A DNA stretch of 62,384 nucleotides. Source: Bacteroidia bacterium (lineage in GTDB: Bacteria; Bacteroidota; Bacteroidia; SpSt-205). A program made the translations under genes and the position numbers. The notes beneath the pieces were generated by a model that worked only from the letters and a program-made list of their open reading frames with translations, was not told where the DNA came from and ran no database searches. Positions 17,532 to 25,796 of this stretch are shown here, one piece after another. The stretch lies in assembly GCA_025054525.1 (NCBI GenBank), contig JANWZJ010000007.1:1-62384 (forward strand), written 5' to 3'. Position 1 is the first letter of the stretch; every line of letters begins with the position of its first letter.

Positions 17532-18452
17532 TTATTCAGATACAGGCTGACGGACGACTCGGTCTATCAGGCCGTCGCGTAGGGCGATGTAGCCATCCGT
17601 ACCAGGTTCTAAGTTGGTGGCTTGCGTGTAGGCATCCAGCGCATAAGCATACATCCCATTCATTTCGTAGAAGCCACCCAAGATAGCCTGCCCTAAAGCG
17701 GTATTGAGGTCTAAGCTACGGCGCAAGCTTTCTTCTTCTTTGCGCAGGTTAGCTACTTGCTCAGGGGTCAGCAGGCGGAAGCAGAGATTAGTGGATCGCA
17801 GGGATGCATGACGGCGGGTGCTTACATGCCAGTAGTAGCAGACGCCGGACTTGAACTTATTTTCGCTGTTTATCTCTACAAAGTTTTTGTCAGGGGGTAC
17901 TTGGGTATTATAGACTACTTGTCCTGCTTCATCTAAAATCTCTATGATATAGCCTTCGGGATTAGGAACGCGTTCCCAGCTAAGGAGGATGCGGTCAGGA
18001 TAGAAGGCAGTTTGAGCAGGTACGCGTGGTGTGGGAGCCATCGTGGAGCGGGTTACGGCACCGAGCGTTTTGCCAGAAGCACGGCCGCCGCCCGAGGCAA
18101 TGGCTTGATTAGTGAGATAGCCCGTGTAGCGAGAGGCATAGGCATTATCTTCTGTGGCTTGAGCAAATAGTTGGGAAAGCGTATAGACTCCCGGTTGGCG
18201 AAGCTCGCGAGTCTTGTTTGTAGAGGAGACGAGGGCTGCATACGACTGCGCACCTAACTTAATCTTCTGGGACTCGGATAACTTCATGCCCGCAGTCGCT
18301 TTCTGCCATCCTCCGGCTTGCTCCACTTGTACATCTCCTTTGATAGCGAGAATCGTTACATTTTGTCCATACATAAGGGCTACTCCCATGAGGAGCAGCA
18401 TAGTACTTTTTGTCCAGCGGGTAAGCATACGAGAAAAATAAACAAATATCAT
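17532..18452 (-). CDS. Secreted FecR-domain protein with a C-terminal TPR-like region
   Basis: Signal-like MLTRWTKSTMLLLMGVALMYGQ is followed by the FecR-like block ILAIKGDVQVEQAGGWQKATAGMKLSESQKIKLGAQSYAAL. Start set at ATG 18452, which forms an ATGA overlap with the CHASE2 stop. The ORF-track N-terminal extension was rejected. Confidence 0.55.
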   Translation of the reverse strand: MIFVYFSRMLTRWTKSTMLLLMGVALMYGQNVTILAIKGDVQVEQAGGWQKATAGMKLSESQKIKLGAQSYAALVSSTNKTRELRQPGVYTLSQLFAQATEDNAYASRYTGYLTNQAIASGGGRASGKTLGAVTRSTMAPTPRVPAQTAFYPDRILLSWERVPNPEGYIIEILDEAGQVVYNTQVPPDKNFVEINSENKFKSGVCYYWHVSTRRHASLRSTNLCFRLLTPEQVANLRKEEESLRRSLDLNTALGQAILGGFYEMNGMYAYALDAYTQATNLEPGTDGYIALRDGLIDRVVRQPVSE

Positions 18453-19555
18453 GCCATGGCCTGAAGCAGTTCTATTTCTCCTGAGATGAGGATGCCCCAT
18501 AGCAGAGGCTCCACTGGCAGCCAAACTCCATGCGATACCAAAACTACCGTCATAGCCACAGCCAGAGTAAGGAAGATAAGCTGAAGAATACGAAGTGCCA
18601 GCCACCTTTGCCACCGACGGGGAAGGTACATCCATGTCCCTATTAGCCCTGCATGGATTACCACCATCATAAGGAAAATCCATCCCTCTCCCACCCTTAG
18701 AAATGGCTCATTATGGAGAAGCATAGAGAGGATGTTAGCATGAATCACTACGCCATACATGTCGGGAAAATCCCGAGGAAATAGTTTGGGATTAAGCGGA
18801 GTGAAAAATATGTCCTCCAAGGTCTGTCGGAGAGGGTCAGCTAATCCTATTAGGATAATTTTATCCCTCATCCAGTTTATAGGCAGCGAGTCATATAGTA
18901 TCTCATATCCACTGGCAAAATAAAATGCGTTGAGATTGCCCCGATAAAGCAAGGGCTGAATGCCACTCCATTCCGAGAGCCTGCTGCGAAGTGAAGACTG
19001 AAGGGCCAGCGCCAGCCGCAGAGCTAACGAATAATGGGTGTCCCCCTGACTTACAGTATAGGGGAAAAACTCCCATACTGTCTTCGGAGCGTAATCCTCA
19101 TACAGGACCATATTGGCGTATGCCTCCTCCGTACAATCGGTAAAAGCAGGTAGGCTTACCGATTGACGCGGCGCTTCTAACAGAGGATGTTTCAAATCTA
19201 AAGTGGATGCTAATACTACAGGTATTGTAGCACTCGTCTGACAAAGGGCAGCTCGCCAAAGGCTATCTTGATGAGGTGTGTGTGGATAAGGAAATATGGC
19301 ATCTATTCCGATAATTTTGGGTGAGACCTCTTTGAGGCGCAGGAGGAGGCGAGCGAGTTCTTCTCGTCTGAGCTGCCCCAAATCAATAATAACGATTTGG
19401 GTGTCTATACTCTGGGTAGAACGAAAGTATCGGTACATCAGGTCATGCACGCGCCATCCCCATGCTTGGGGTGGAAAGAAAGAGTTTATGCTATAAGCAA
19501 GGATTATGACTATCAGAATACGCGTGAGAATCCATAATATAGATGCAATTCTCAT
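18449..19555 (-). CDS. CHASE2-domain membrane sensor with no cytoplasmic output domain
   Basis: An N-terminal TM helix precedes an extracytoplasmic region with a CHASE2-like beginning (IVIIDLGQLRREELARLL...IIGIDAIF). Three C-terminal TM helices follow and the ORF then ends, at 368 aa. Confidence 0.7.
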   Translation of the reverse strand: MRIASILWILTRILIVIILAYSINSFFPPQAWGWRVHDLMYRYFRSTQSIDTQIVIIDLGQLRREELARLLLRLKEVSPKIIGIDAIFPYPHTPHQDSLWRAALCQTSATIPVVLASTLDLKHPLLEAPRQSVSLPAFTDCTEEAYANMVLYEDYAPKTVWEFFPYTVSQGDTHYSLALRLALALQSSLRSRLSEWSGIQPLLYRGNLNAFYFASGYEILYDSLPINWMRDKIILIGLADPLRQTLEDIFFTPLNPKLFPRDFPDMYGVVIHANILSMLLHNEPFLRVGEGWIFLMMVVIHAGLIGTWMYLPRRWQRWLALRILQLIFLTLAVAMTVVLVSHGVWLPVEPLLWGILISGEIELLQAMA

Positions 19556-20265
19556 GAAAGGGCTTCTTTATAGCGCCGTAGGGTTTCCGCGATGCCCCAG
19601 TACAGCGCATCGGAAATGAGCGCATGTCCTATAGAAACTTCTACCAAGTTAGGTAAATGCTGCTTGAGATAGCGGAGATTGTGTAGGTTGAGGTCATGGC
19701 CGGCATGGAGGCGCATACCTAACTCCTTGGCTTTCTGGGCGGCATGCAGGTAGGGCTGGATGGCTTCTTGAGGATTGCGTAGGAAATGCATCGCGTAGGG
19801 TCCTGTATATAGTTCTACACAGTCGGCAGCTATTTCCGCAGCGGCTTCCACTTGCGAAGGGTCAGGGTCTATAAAGAGACTTACTCGTATGCCCTGCTCA
19901 CGCAAAAGCGAGATAATCTCATGCAGAAACTCTTTATGCTGCTGCACCTGCCATCCGCGGTCCGAAGTAAGTACATGCGGAGGATCGGGTACCAGTGTAA
20001 CTTGGGCTGGTCTGACGTAGGTTACTACTTCTAGAAAGGAAGAAGAAGGGTAGCCCTCTACATTCAGTTCTACACTAATGCTGTCGCGCAGGGCATAAAG
20101 GTCCGGTATGCGAATATGGCGCCCATCGGGTCGTGGATGAACTGTAATCCCATCAGCACCTAAGCGCTCACAGGTCTGGGCAAAAGCTACGACATCAGGC
20201 AGGTTTCCACCTCGGGAGTTTCGCAGAAGAGCGACTTTATTGACATTGACGCTCAGGCGGGTCAT
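19552..20265 (-). CDS. pdxJ: Pyridoxine 5'-phosphate synthase
   Basis: LSVNVNKVALLRNSRGG and HPRPDGRHI are hallmark PdxJ motifs. Length is 237 aa. ATGA overlaps occur at both ends. Confidence 0.93.
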   Translation of the reverse strand: MTRLSVNVNKVALLRNSRGGNLPDVVAFAQTCERLGADGITVHPRPDGRHIRIPDLYALRDSISVELNVEGYPSSSFLEVVTYVRPAQVTLVPDPPHVLTSDRGWQVQQHKEFLHEIISLLREQGIRVSLFIDPDPSQVEAAAEIAADCVELYTGPYAMHFLRNPQEAIQPYLHAAQKAKELGMRLHAGHDLNLHNLRYLKQHLPNLVEVSIGHALISDALYWGIAETLRRYKEALS

Positions 20266-21476
20266 TCAGGAATGTCGGTAAAATCTAACGGGTAATCTAT
20301 GACTGCTTTCCAGGGCAATCCTGCAGCAGGCAGCCTTTCCAGCAGAGGATCAGGGTCTAACTGTTCCACATTCCACACGCCTGGCTTTTTCCATATACCT
20401 TGGACTATCAGCTCGGCCGCGACAGCGGGGGGTACCCCAGCCGTGTAAGCTACAGCTTGCGTGCCGCAATCCGCATAAGCCCACTCATGACGAATATTCG
20501 TATAAATAAATGCCGTGCGCGGTTGACCATCCTTGACACCGCGTAGTTGAACGCCGATAGACACCCACCCTTTATAATCAGGGGCTAAACTAGCGGGGTC
20601 AGGCAGGAGTTTCTGTAAAAACTTAATCGGCACTACTTTGCAGCCTTCATACTCTATGGGGTCTATACGCGTAAGCCCTACATTCATGAAAGCACGAAGG
20701 TGCATGAGATAGTTATCAGAGAAAGTCATCCAGAAACGAGCTCGCTTGATGGACGGGAAATGCTTTACGAGAGACTCCAGCTCCTCATGGAAGATAAGAT
20801 AGGCTTTTTGAACCCCTATCTCAGGAAACCGTACGGCTTGTGATATGGAGAGAGCGGGCACTTCTATTAGTTTGCCATTTTCATAGTAGCGTCCTGTTTG
20901 AGTGATTTCGCGAAGATTAATCTCTAAGTTGAAGTTTGTGGCAAAGGCTCTTCCATGATTGCCTGCGTTGCAATCTATGATGTCCAGGTAATGAATCTCG
21001 TCTAAGAGATGCTTAGCAGCATAAGCGACGAAAGCATTGGTTACGCCTGGGTCAAATCCTATGCCTAAGACAGCCGTGATGCCGGCTTTTTCATACCGTT
21101 CTTGGTAAGCCCACTGATAGCGATATTCGTAGAGGGGGGTGTCGGGCGGCTCATAGGAAGCCGTATCTAAATAATCTACGCCTGCTTCTAAGCAAGCATC
21201 CATGAGTGGGAGGTCTTGGTAAGGCAGAGCTAAGTTGAGTAGCAGGGCAGGCTTATATTTACGCAGGAGGGCTACGATAGCGCCAACATCATCCGCATCA
21301 AGTACTTCAGGGATAATACGAGCATGGGGGAAAGCATCGGCTAACGCTTTACATTTACTAAAGGTACGACTGGCTACGATGATCTCAGGGAAAAGGTCAG
21401 GGTGCCGTGCGAGTTTGCAGACTGTGGGGCGCGCAACTGCCCCAGCACCCACTACCATGACTCGGGGCATATGCAA
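20262..21476 (-). CDS. Saccharopine-dehydrogenase-family enzyme, probably carboxynorspermidine synthase/dehydrogenase
   Basis: Rossmann N-terminus VMVVGAGAVARPTVCKLARHPDLFPEIIVASRT. The ~400 aa length and overall layout are typical of CANSDH. Confidence 0.78.
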   Translation of the reverse strand: MHMPRVMVVGAGAVARPTVCKLARHPDLFPEIIVASRTFSKCKALADAFPHARIIPEVLDADDVGAIVALLRKYKPALLLNLALPYQDLPLMDACLEAGVDYLDTASYEPPDTPLYEYRYQWAYQERYEKAGITAVLGIGFDPGVTNAFVAYAAKHLLDEIHYLDIIDCNAGNHGRAFATNFNLEINLREITQTGRYYENGKLIEVPALSISQAVRFPEIGVQKAYLIFHEELESLVKHFPSIKRARFWMTFSDNYLMHLRAFMNVGLTRIDPIEYEGCKVVPIKFLQKLLPDPASLAPDYKGWVSIGVQLRGVKDGQPRTAFIYTNIRHEWAYADCGTQAVAYTAGVPPAVAAELIVQGIWKKPGVWNVEQLDPDPLLERLPAAGLPWKAVIDYPLDFTDIPE

Positions 21477-21490
21477 AGGTACGCAGTTCG

Positions 21491-22651
21491 TTATCGGTGA
21501 GCGAGTTTGAGTTCAGCTAATGCCTGCGCTAAATAATGTTGAGCTCGTTCTATTTCTTCTAAGGTAGTTGGACGACCGACGGAGAACCGCAGAGTTGCAC
21601 GGGCCTGCTCAGGAGAGAGGCCCATGGCTAAGAGTACATGAGAAGGTTCTGGTTTGGCGGAGGTGCAGGCAGAGCCCGTAGCAACTGCTACGAGGGGCAT
21701 CCGCGCTAAAAGTTCCCTCGCAAGTACGCCGGGAAAAATAACGCTCAAGGTGTTGGGTAGGCGAGGCGCATCTGCTCCATTGAGGCGGGCAGAAGGGGAA
21801 ACTTGCTGAATTCGTTCCCAGAGGAGGGTGGTTTTGGCGGAGAGAGAAGCAAGAGTCTGTGGTAAATCCTGAAGAGCATATTCTAAAGCGGCTGCCATGC
21901 CCACGATGAGCGGAACGGGTAAAGTGCCGCTTCGCAGACCTCTTTCATGTCCTCCTCCCAGCAGCAGAGGACGCAATGATACCCGAGGCGAGCGTCTACG
22001 CACGTATAATAAACCTATGCCTTTCGGACCGTAAAACTTATGAGCAGAGAGTACAGCTAAGTCTATGTCTAATTCTTGAAAGGAAAGGGGGATTTTACCA
22101 GCTGCTTGTGTAGTGTCGCAGAGGAAAAAAGCGCCTGCTTCTCGTACGATGGGTATGAGTTCTCGGATGGGCTGGATGATACCGGTTTCGTTGTTAGCGA
22201 GCATGATGGCCACGAGAAGGGTAGTGGGGCGTATCGCCCGACGAAGCACATCAGGTTCTACTAATCCTGAGGGGGTAACTGGTAGTACTTCTACTTCCCA
22301 GCCTCTTTGAGCTAAGCTAAGAGCAGGGTCCAAAACAGCCTTATGTTCCGTGGCGCTTATTAGAATGTGCCGTCGAGGTGTGGACTCATAAGCAAGAGCT
22401 ACACCTTGTATGGCTAAGTTGAGGGCTTCTGTAGCGCCGCTGGTGAAGACCAACTCTTGGGGGGTAGTGCCCATGAGGTTAGCGATGGTTTGGCGAGCTT
22501 GGTCTACGGCGTCTTGGGCTTCTTTGCCGAGAAGATGGGGACTTGCTGGATTAGCAAAATACCGCGCCCAATACGGACTCATCTTCTCTAAGACGGGTGG
22601 GGCTACGGGTGTGGTAGCGTTGTAGTCTAAATAAACAGGCACTCCCCTCAC
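21491..22651 (-). CDS. Cysteine desulfurase (class V aminotransferase, NifS/IscS-like)
   Basis: VYLDYNATTPV N-terminus, LSAHKFYGPKG (PLP-lysine motif) and the active-site loop ATGSACTS. Start set at GTG 22651 (or GTG 22642). The ORF-track extension to 22756 would overlap the upstream gene by ~100 nt. Confidence 0.9.
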   Translation of the reverse strand: MRGVPVYLDYNATTPVAPPVLEKMSPYWARYFANPASPHLLGKEAQDAVDQARQTIANLMGTTPQELVFTSGATEALNLAIQGVALAYESTPRRHILISATEHKAVLDPALSLAQRGWEVEVLPVTPSGLVEPDVLRRAIRPTTLLVAIMLANNETGIIQPIRELIPIVREAGAFFLCDTTQAAGKIPLSFQELDIDLAVLSAHKFYGPKGIGLLYVRRRSPRVSLRPLLLGGGHERGLRSGTLPVPLIVGMAAALEYALQDLPQTLASLSAKTTLLWERIQQVSPSARLNGADAPRLPNTLSVIFPGVLARELLARMPLVAVATGSACTSAKPEPSHVLLAMGLSPEQARATLRFSVGRPTTLEEIERAQHYLAQALAELKLAHR

Positions 22652-22653
22652 CC

Positions 22654-23193
22654 CTAACGAACAGTGCGGCTCAGAAGCGCTTCTACTAACTCTTCCATGG
22701 GCTTGAAGGCGATGGCTATCAGTGCCTTCAAGCCAAACGAGATGAGGGCTGCCCACCGTCCCGCATTAGTGGAGGCAGTTTGTTCTATATAGTATTCTAT
22801 GCCCTCTGTAATCATGAAGATAAAAATAGCGCTCAGTCCGATAACCGTAAGGGCTTTTCGGCGGCGCTGGCTCTCTTGAAGAGCTCGCAGGGTTTCTTGG
22901 AGTTCCTTATTTTTCTGGAGGAGCTGGGCATTCACACGAGCGATTTCTTCGTTCTTATGGGCGAGTTCTTCATTAGCAGCTTTGAGGCGAGCCTGTAAGC
23001 GGTCGCCCATGCGAGTGAGCAAACGAGCCGTCCCTAAAAGATCAACATATCGTACGTAGGTTTCCTCTAATTTTTCTCTATTTTCTGTACCAGGGGGTAG
23101 GGAATCTATCCAAGCTTTGAGATTCTGTGCGCCCGCCTCCTCTCGCTCAAAACTAACATTGACTTGGGCAAAGGTTTCACGACTCTTCTTCAT
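22654..23193 (-). CDS. Coiled-coil membrane protein of unknown function, last gene of the SiaB/SiaC-like module
   Basis: Long heptad-like stretch (LQARLKAANEELAHKNEEIARVNAQLLQKNKELQETLRALQESQRRRK) followed by two hydrophobic segments (ALTVIGLSAIFIFMI and WAALISFGLKALIAIAF). It overlaps the upstream gene by 17 nt. Confidence 0.6.
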   Translation of the reverse strand: MKKSRETFAQVNVSFEREEAGAQNLKAWIDSLPPGTENREKLEETYVRYVDLLGTARLLTRMGDRLQARLKAANEELAHKNEEIARVNAQLLQKNKELQETLRALQESQRRRKALTVIGLSAIFIFMITEGIEYYIEQTASTNAGRWAALISFGLKALIAIAFKPMEELVEALLSRTVR

Positions 23194-23593
23194 CTATAGG
23201 TACCAACTCAAACGACATCTTCACGGCTGCTTGATAGTCTAAACCCGCATCCTCCATTTCAGTGTCTTCTTTATTGTAAATCCAACGCACGATAACAGGC
23301 TGTCCTTTTTCATATAGCGATTCAAAAAGCCGGAAGAGGTCTAAGAGCACTTTCGCTGTGCTAGTATTGAAGTACTCCATGCGCACTTCGACATTAATAG
23401 GGTGGGCATCCGGCGTGTGCCTAAGGACGAAGTTTTCCAGCCATTGAAGTATGGGAGAGTAGAACTTGAGAGAGTTCTCAGGATAAGAGTTACCCGATAT
23501 GGAGAAAGTCCGCTTTTCTGGCTCAAAGCGAATAGCTGGTGTGGTGAATGTAGGTTCTATGATGAGGTTGTCAGATACCGACAGGTCGCTCAT
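23177..23593 (-). CDS. SiaC-like regulatory phosphoprotein (DUF1987 family)
   Basis: FSISGNSYPENSLKFYSPILQWLENF and MEYFNTSTAKVLLDLF match the DUF1987/SiaC pattern. Length is 138 aa. Confidence 0.78.
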   Translation of the reverse strand: MSDLSVSDNLIIEPTFTTPAIRFEPEKRTFSISGNSYPENSLKFYSPILQWLENFVLRHTPDAHPINVEVRMEYFNTSTAKVLLDLFRLFESLYEKGQPVIVRWIYNKEDTEMEDAGLDYQAAVKMSFELVPIDEEES

Positions 23594-23595
23594 AG

Positions 23596-24096
23596 TTATA
23601 TTACAAATGAGACTTTTACGGTGAACCAGGAGTAGTTTTGATTGGCAGAAGAGATTTCGTAACTGAAATCATCTGCTTTAGAGATGATTTGAACGAAGCC
23701 TAAGTTGGCCCCACCACTGTCCGAGTACGAGCCTGTAGTCAAGGTACTATGGTGAAGGGCTTCCAATTCTTCTTTGCTCATTTGGAGGAGATTTTGCAGG
23801 TAAGAATGGAGGAAGAGCTCTTGGCTATAATATACTAAGTTGCGCGTAGTGAGTGTGATATGCTGCCCTTCGCGGCTCAGCCCGATATAAGGAGGGAACT
23901 GGTCGTCCTTGACGCCATAATGGATAATGTTCTGGGTGAGTTCTATGAGGGTATTGAGGATGCGCCGTCGCACAGGAGGGCGCGCACCGCCATCAGCCAA
24001 AAGCCTTTCAAACTGGCGTACAATCTGAGGTAACACTTCCATGTCTAGAGGGCCTTCGTGTTTGAAGAGTACCCTGTGTTCGTAAGAAACGGTCAT
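23596..24096 (-). CDS. SiaB-like GHKL-fold protein kinase (anti-sigma-factor-kinase-like)
   Basis: N-box-like LIELTQNIIHYG and G-box-like DSGGANLGFVQI. Size is ~166 aa, and the gene lies 2 nt upstream of the DUF1987 gene. Start set at ATG 24096 (MTVSYEH). Confidence 0.68.
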   Translation of the reverse strand: MTVSYEHRVLFKHEGPLDMEVLPQIVRQFERLLADGGARPPVRRRILNTLIELTQNIIHYGVKDDQFPPYIGLSREGQHITLTTRNLVYYSQELFLHSYLQNLLQMSKEELEALHHSTLTTGSYSDSGGANLGFVQIISKADDFSYEISSANQNYSWFTVKVSFVI

Positions 24097-24131
24097 GGCA
24101 GCACCTTCGCAAAATTGAGAAAAATTTTTCC

Positions 24132-25643
24132 TTAAGGCACAAGTCCCAACCCATAACCGCCGGGCGCAAATTCTCGGATTGCCTGCGGGCAAAAGCTATG
24201 CAAACTCAACACATACAGCTTGCCAGGGGAGGTAGAGTTGCTATTAGCATGATGGGGTGGGTCGGCTCCCGTCAGGTTCTCGTAAGAGATAAAAAGCTGT
24301 TGCTTCCGAGTATCTACGCCGATTCCCCTGGGCAAGTGTCCTAAACCATACAGATGGGTAAGCAGGCGTAAAGGCATGGTCTGCATGACAGCAATTGCCC
24401 CCATTCTCTGTCCTTGGAGGGCGGGGGCTTCGGCTTTCAAGCAAGCTACATAAAGAAACCCATTGTGATAAGCCATGAGCTTGGGGGCGGTGGCTACCGC
24501 TACTGCGGCAATAAAGCTATCGGTTGAGGCATCAAAAACACGCACTTCATGTGAGTTTTCGCAGCTCACATAGTACCGCCCTTGTCCATCGCCTATAATC
24601 TGGTAAGGTCCGAAGCGACTATCTGGGCGCGGTATCTCACCAGATACTAAGGGTATTTGAATAAAGTCTCTGAATCGCTTCTGTGTTTTGTCTATGCTTA
24701 CCTTAGTGATGTAGTTACCTGCATTGGCAGTAACATACGCAAAGTCTCCAGCAAGGTCTATCCAGAGTCCATGAGGACGCGCAATTATTTCTCCCAAGGG
24801 GTCTCTGAGCACATCTAACACCGTCATATTCTCGGCATCTATTAGAGTAAGTTTCACGGGATGAGTATCAGTGAAATGGGTGATTACTCCATATCGTCCA
24901 TCCGGCGTGAGCTCTATATGAGCGGGTTCAGGGCCTACAGAAAGGCGTCCTACCCTTTGGTAGTCAGTTGTTCGGTATTTTTCTATAGCCTCACCAGCGA
25001 TGAGCGTTACGTAGAAGTATTTGTGGTCGGGCGAGAATTGAATAAAATGAGGACTCTCTATACGATTCGGAGATACGCCTACAGGTATATAGCGTAGAAG
25101 ATGGTAATTATCTGCATGATATACTGCGATAAGGTCTGCGCCCGAAGCACACACAAATACCTTGCGGTGGGGGGCTTGTTCGTTTTCGCTCCAAGGTTTT
25201 TTCCCCTGGGCATTTGGGGCTCCTTCGGCTATCCATGCGCGTAGGATGTTTTTCTCTGCAGTTGTAAGGAGGTTAGCGCTATCGGGGAGGGGAGGAGGCA
25301 TAAGAGGGGTTGCCACAGGCCCCCAAGTAGTATCGGAATTGATATGCCAGAGTAGAGTGGAATGCATAGGAGCGTAAGGAACAATTAGGGGAGTTTCTCT
25401 ACTGGGGCTGTAAAAGAGGCTATCCCAGTGCGTGAGACTGAGTGCATGGGTAGAAGACAGACTTTGGGGGGAAGTTGAGTGATTATCAGTGGCTAAGTAG
25501 CCTTTATGGCAGCCTGCGCATCGCATAAGTAGAATCTGTCCCACCGCTGTAGGATACTGGCTAACGGCTTCTAAGGGGGGAGAATAGCGTTTGCAGGCAG
25601 TGAGTAGTAATAGCCACAGCGTGGCTTCTCGGATGCGGCGCAT
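24132..25643 (-). CDS. Lipoprotein with an N-terminal c-type cytochrome motif and a YncE/YVTN-like beta-propeller
   Basis: Lipobox MRRIREATLWLLLLTAC, heme-binding CAGCH (LLMRCAGCHKG), and repeated propeller-like blades (YVTL, GVITHF, AYVTANAG, YYVSCENSHEVRVFD). Start set at ATG 25643. Confidence 0.62.
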   Translation of the reverse strand: MRRIREATLWLLLLTACKRYSPPLEAVSQYPTAVGQILLMRCAGCHKGYLATDNHSTSPQSLSSTHALSLTHWDSLFYSPSRETPLIVPYAPMHSTLLWHINSDTTWGPVATPLMPPPLPDSANLLTTAEKNILRAWIAEGAPNAQGKKPWSENEQAPHRKVFVCASGADLIAVYHADNYHLLRYIPVGVSPNRIESPHFIQFSPDHKYFYVTLIAGEAIEKYRTTDYQRVGRLSVGPEPAHIELTPDGRYGVITHFTDTHPVKLTLIDAENMTVLDVLRDPLGEIIARPHGLWIDLAGDFAYVTANAGNYITKVSIDKTQKRFRDFIQIPLVSGEIPRPDSRFGPYQIIGDGQGRYYVSCENSHEVRVFDASTDSFIAAVAVATAPKLMAYHNGFLYVACLKAEAPALQGQRMGAIAVMQTMPLRLLTHLYGLGHLPRGIGVDTRKQQLFISYENLTGADPPHHANSNSTSPGKLYVLSLHSFCPQAIREFAPGGYGLGLVP

Positions 25644-25764
25644 CTCATATAAGATAGGCAATTTTGGGGTAGGTTCAATCAGACTGGAAAGGAGTGCCAT
25701 CTTGCTTTCCTCCACGTCTCTCTGCTGTGGAAAACATGAAATGTTTCCAATCCAGTTTTTTCAT

Positions 25765-25772
25765 TACCTTTG
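25765..25772 (+). promoter_or_regulatory. -7 promoter box (TAccTTTG) for the M23 peptidase-to-ompA plus-strand gene string
   Basis: Exact TAnnTTTG match 24 nt upstream of ATG 25797. It overlaps the TTG at 25770 used by the ORF track, which argues for the 25797 start. Confidence 0.45.
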
Positions 25773-25796
25773 CACAAACCTAACTGGCGGGCAAAG

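Noticed and set aside
18453-18683. N-terminal extension of the FecR-domain ORF (ORF-track start at 18683).
   Set aside because: It would overlap the CHASE2 gene by ~230 nt in another frame. The in-frame ATG at 18452 gives a classic ATGA junction and is followed by a signal peptide. Similar over-long starts were trimmed at 24192, 25715, 36635, 22756, 49856, 51584, 54562, 47422, 12809 and 269.
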